Source of the DNA: an uncultured Chlamydiae bacterium
Lineage (GTDB): Bacteria > Chlamydiota > Chlamydiia > Chlamydiales > Parachlamydiaceae
Direction of reading: 5' to 3'
DNA: 64,000 bases
Assembly: GCA_963754655.1 (NCBI GenBank)
Contig: CAVWGN010000001.1
Coordinates: 1,312,001-1,376,000, forward strand
The notes beneath the pieces are model-generated. The model made no database searches. It was given only the letters and a program-made list of their open reading frames with translations, and had not been told where the DNA came from. The stretch's first letter is position 1. Every line of letters starts with the position of its first letter. The position numbers and the translations under genes were made by a program. Shown piece by piece: positions 63,095 to 64,000 of the stretch.

Positions 63095-64000
63095 TTAAAA
63101 ATTTCCGCCGAAAGAAAAAAAGAATTTTTTCACATCGCTGCGACTATGGGCGTTAAGGGGATAACCCATGCCGATTGTAACAGGCGGAATACTGTCAATC
63201 AATTTAAAGCGCAAGCCATAACCAATAGAGACACTCATCCGGCCAAATTCCCATGTATCTGCAGAGAGGTGTCCTGCATCTAAGAAAGCAAAAGCTTCCC
63301 AATCCTGTATGATTCGGCGAGCCATTTCAACTGAATAAAATTGCATAGAAAGACCTCCACGCGGAACGTCCCGATGATGGGGATAATGAGGGCCCAACCG
63401 ATAGGGGCGGTAACCACGTACCATAAAATCTCCACCCAAAAAGATTCTTTCATCTAAAGGAAGTGTCTCATAGCGTGTCTGTCCTAAAGGTTGAATGAAT
63501 CGAAAGTCAGCTCGATATTTAATGACTAAGCGGCTCCCTACAGGAAAGTAATAACTATTCATATAACCTACATTAAGGAACTGGTGATCCCCTCCTAGAC
63601 CTGCATATTCAAGGAACAGTCTAGAGCGAAATCCTTGAGAGGGTTTAATAGGATGATTGGTTGAGTCATATGTAAGAGAAGTTCCAATAGCGGAAATTAA
63701 TCCATGGATATTGGCCTCTCTTTCCAAATCATCAATATGGCTTGCATGATGATGAAGATCAACCGAACCATTTTTTAAACGATATTGAAGTCCCCAACGC
63801 AAAAATGAATTAATGTCATAGTTGGCTCGTAATGCTAAACAGACAGTTTCAAGATCGTATTTTTTAGAAATATACCGCGTGGTCGATTTGGATAAATCAA
63901 AACCAATTGTCCATTTCGTGTCCATAAAATAGGGTTTGGTCCAAGATAACGTATAATTACGGCTCTTTTGTCCAATCTGGGTGGATAGTTGAATATACTC
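63095..64000 (-). CDS. bamA: Outer-membrane assembly factor BamA, C-terminal part (runs off the window)
   Basis: ERIFLGGDFMVRGY, AFLDAG, terminal FSFGGNF; bamA-skp-lpxD order. Confidence 0.93.
   Translation of the reverse strand, partial: EYIQLSTQIGQKSRNYTLSWTKPYFMDTKWTIGFDLSKSTTRYISKKYDLETVCLALRANYDINSFLRWGLQYRLKNGSVDLHHHASHIDDLEREANIHGLISAIGTSLTYDSTNHPIKPSQGFRSRLFLEYAGLGGDHQFLNVGYMNSYYFPVGSRLVIKYRADFRFIQPLGQTRYETLPLDERIFLGGDFMVRGYRPYRLGPHYPHHRDVPRGGLSMQFYSVEMARRIIQDWEAFAFLDAGHLSADTWEFGRMSVSIGYGLRFKLIDSIPPVTIGMGYPLNAHSRSDVKKFFFSFGGNF

Overview
AT-rich chromosomal segment whose gene content and order suggest an environmental chlamydia (Parachlamydiaceae-like; inferred from the sequence only). 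Backbone: phnP-like MBL hydrolase-hflX-radC, mtaB-hypothetical-glgB, ligA, sodC, aldo/keto reductase, miaB, rplM-rpsI, mlaEFD-yqgE, tamA-tamB, hemL, an nfeD-nfeD-floA-yggS cluster, DedA, a dicarboxylate/amino-acid symporter, pdhABC and bamA(partial)-skp-lpxD. The accessory content is the interesting part. (1) A tandem array of three eukaryote-type three-repeat Myb proteins, each with basic NLS-like patches and a low-complexity tail; the paralogues differ most in the predicted DNA-recognition helices, and copy 1 is broken by an IS5-family element. (2) Two giant paralogous helical proteins (2428 and 1499 aa) with internal repeats and swapped C-terminal blocks. (3) A modular family of nested palindromic intergenic elements at five loci, with arms up to 240 bp, CTAG ends and CCCCGGGG cassette junctions. 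(4) An apparently intact IS607 element with tnpB. No rRNA, tRNA or CRISPR array was recognised.
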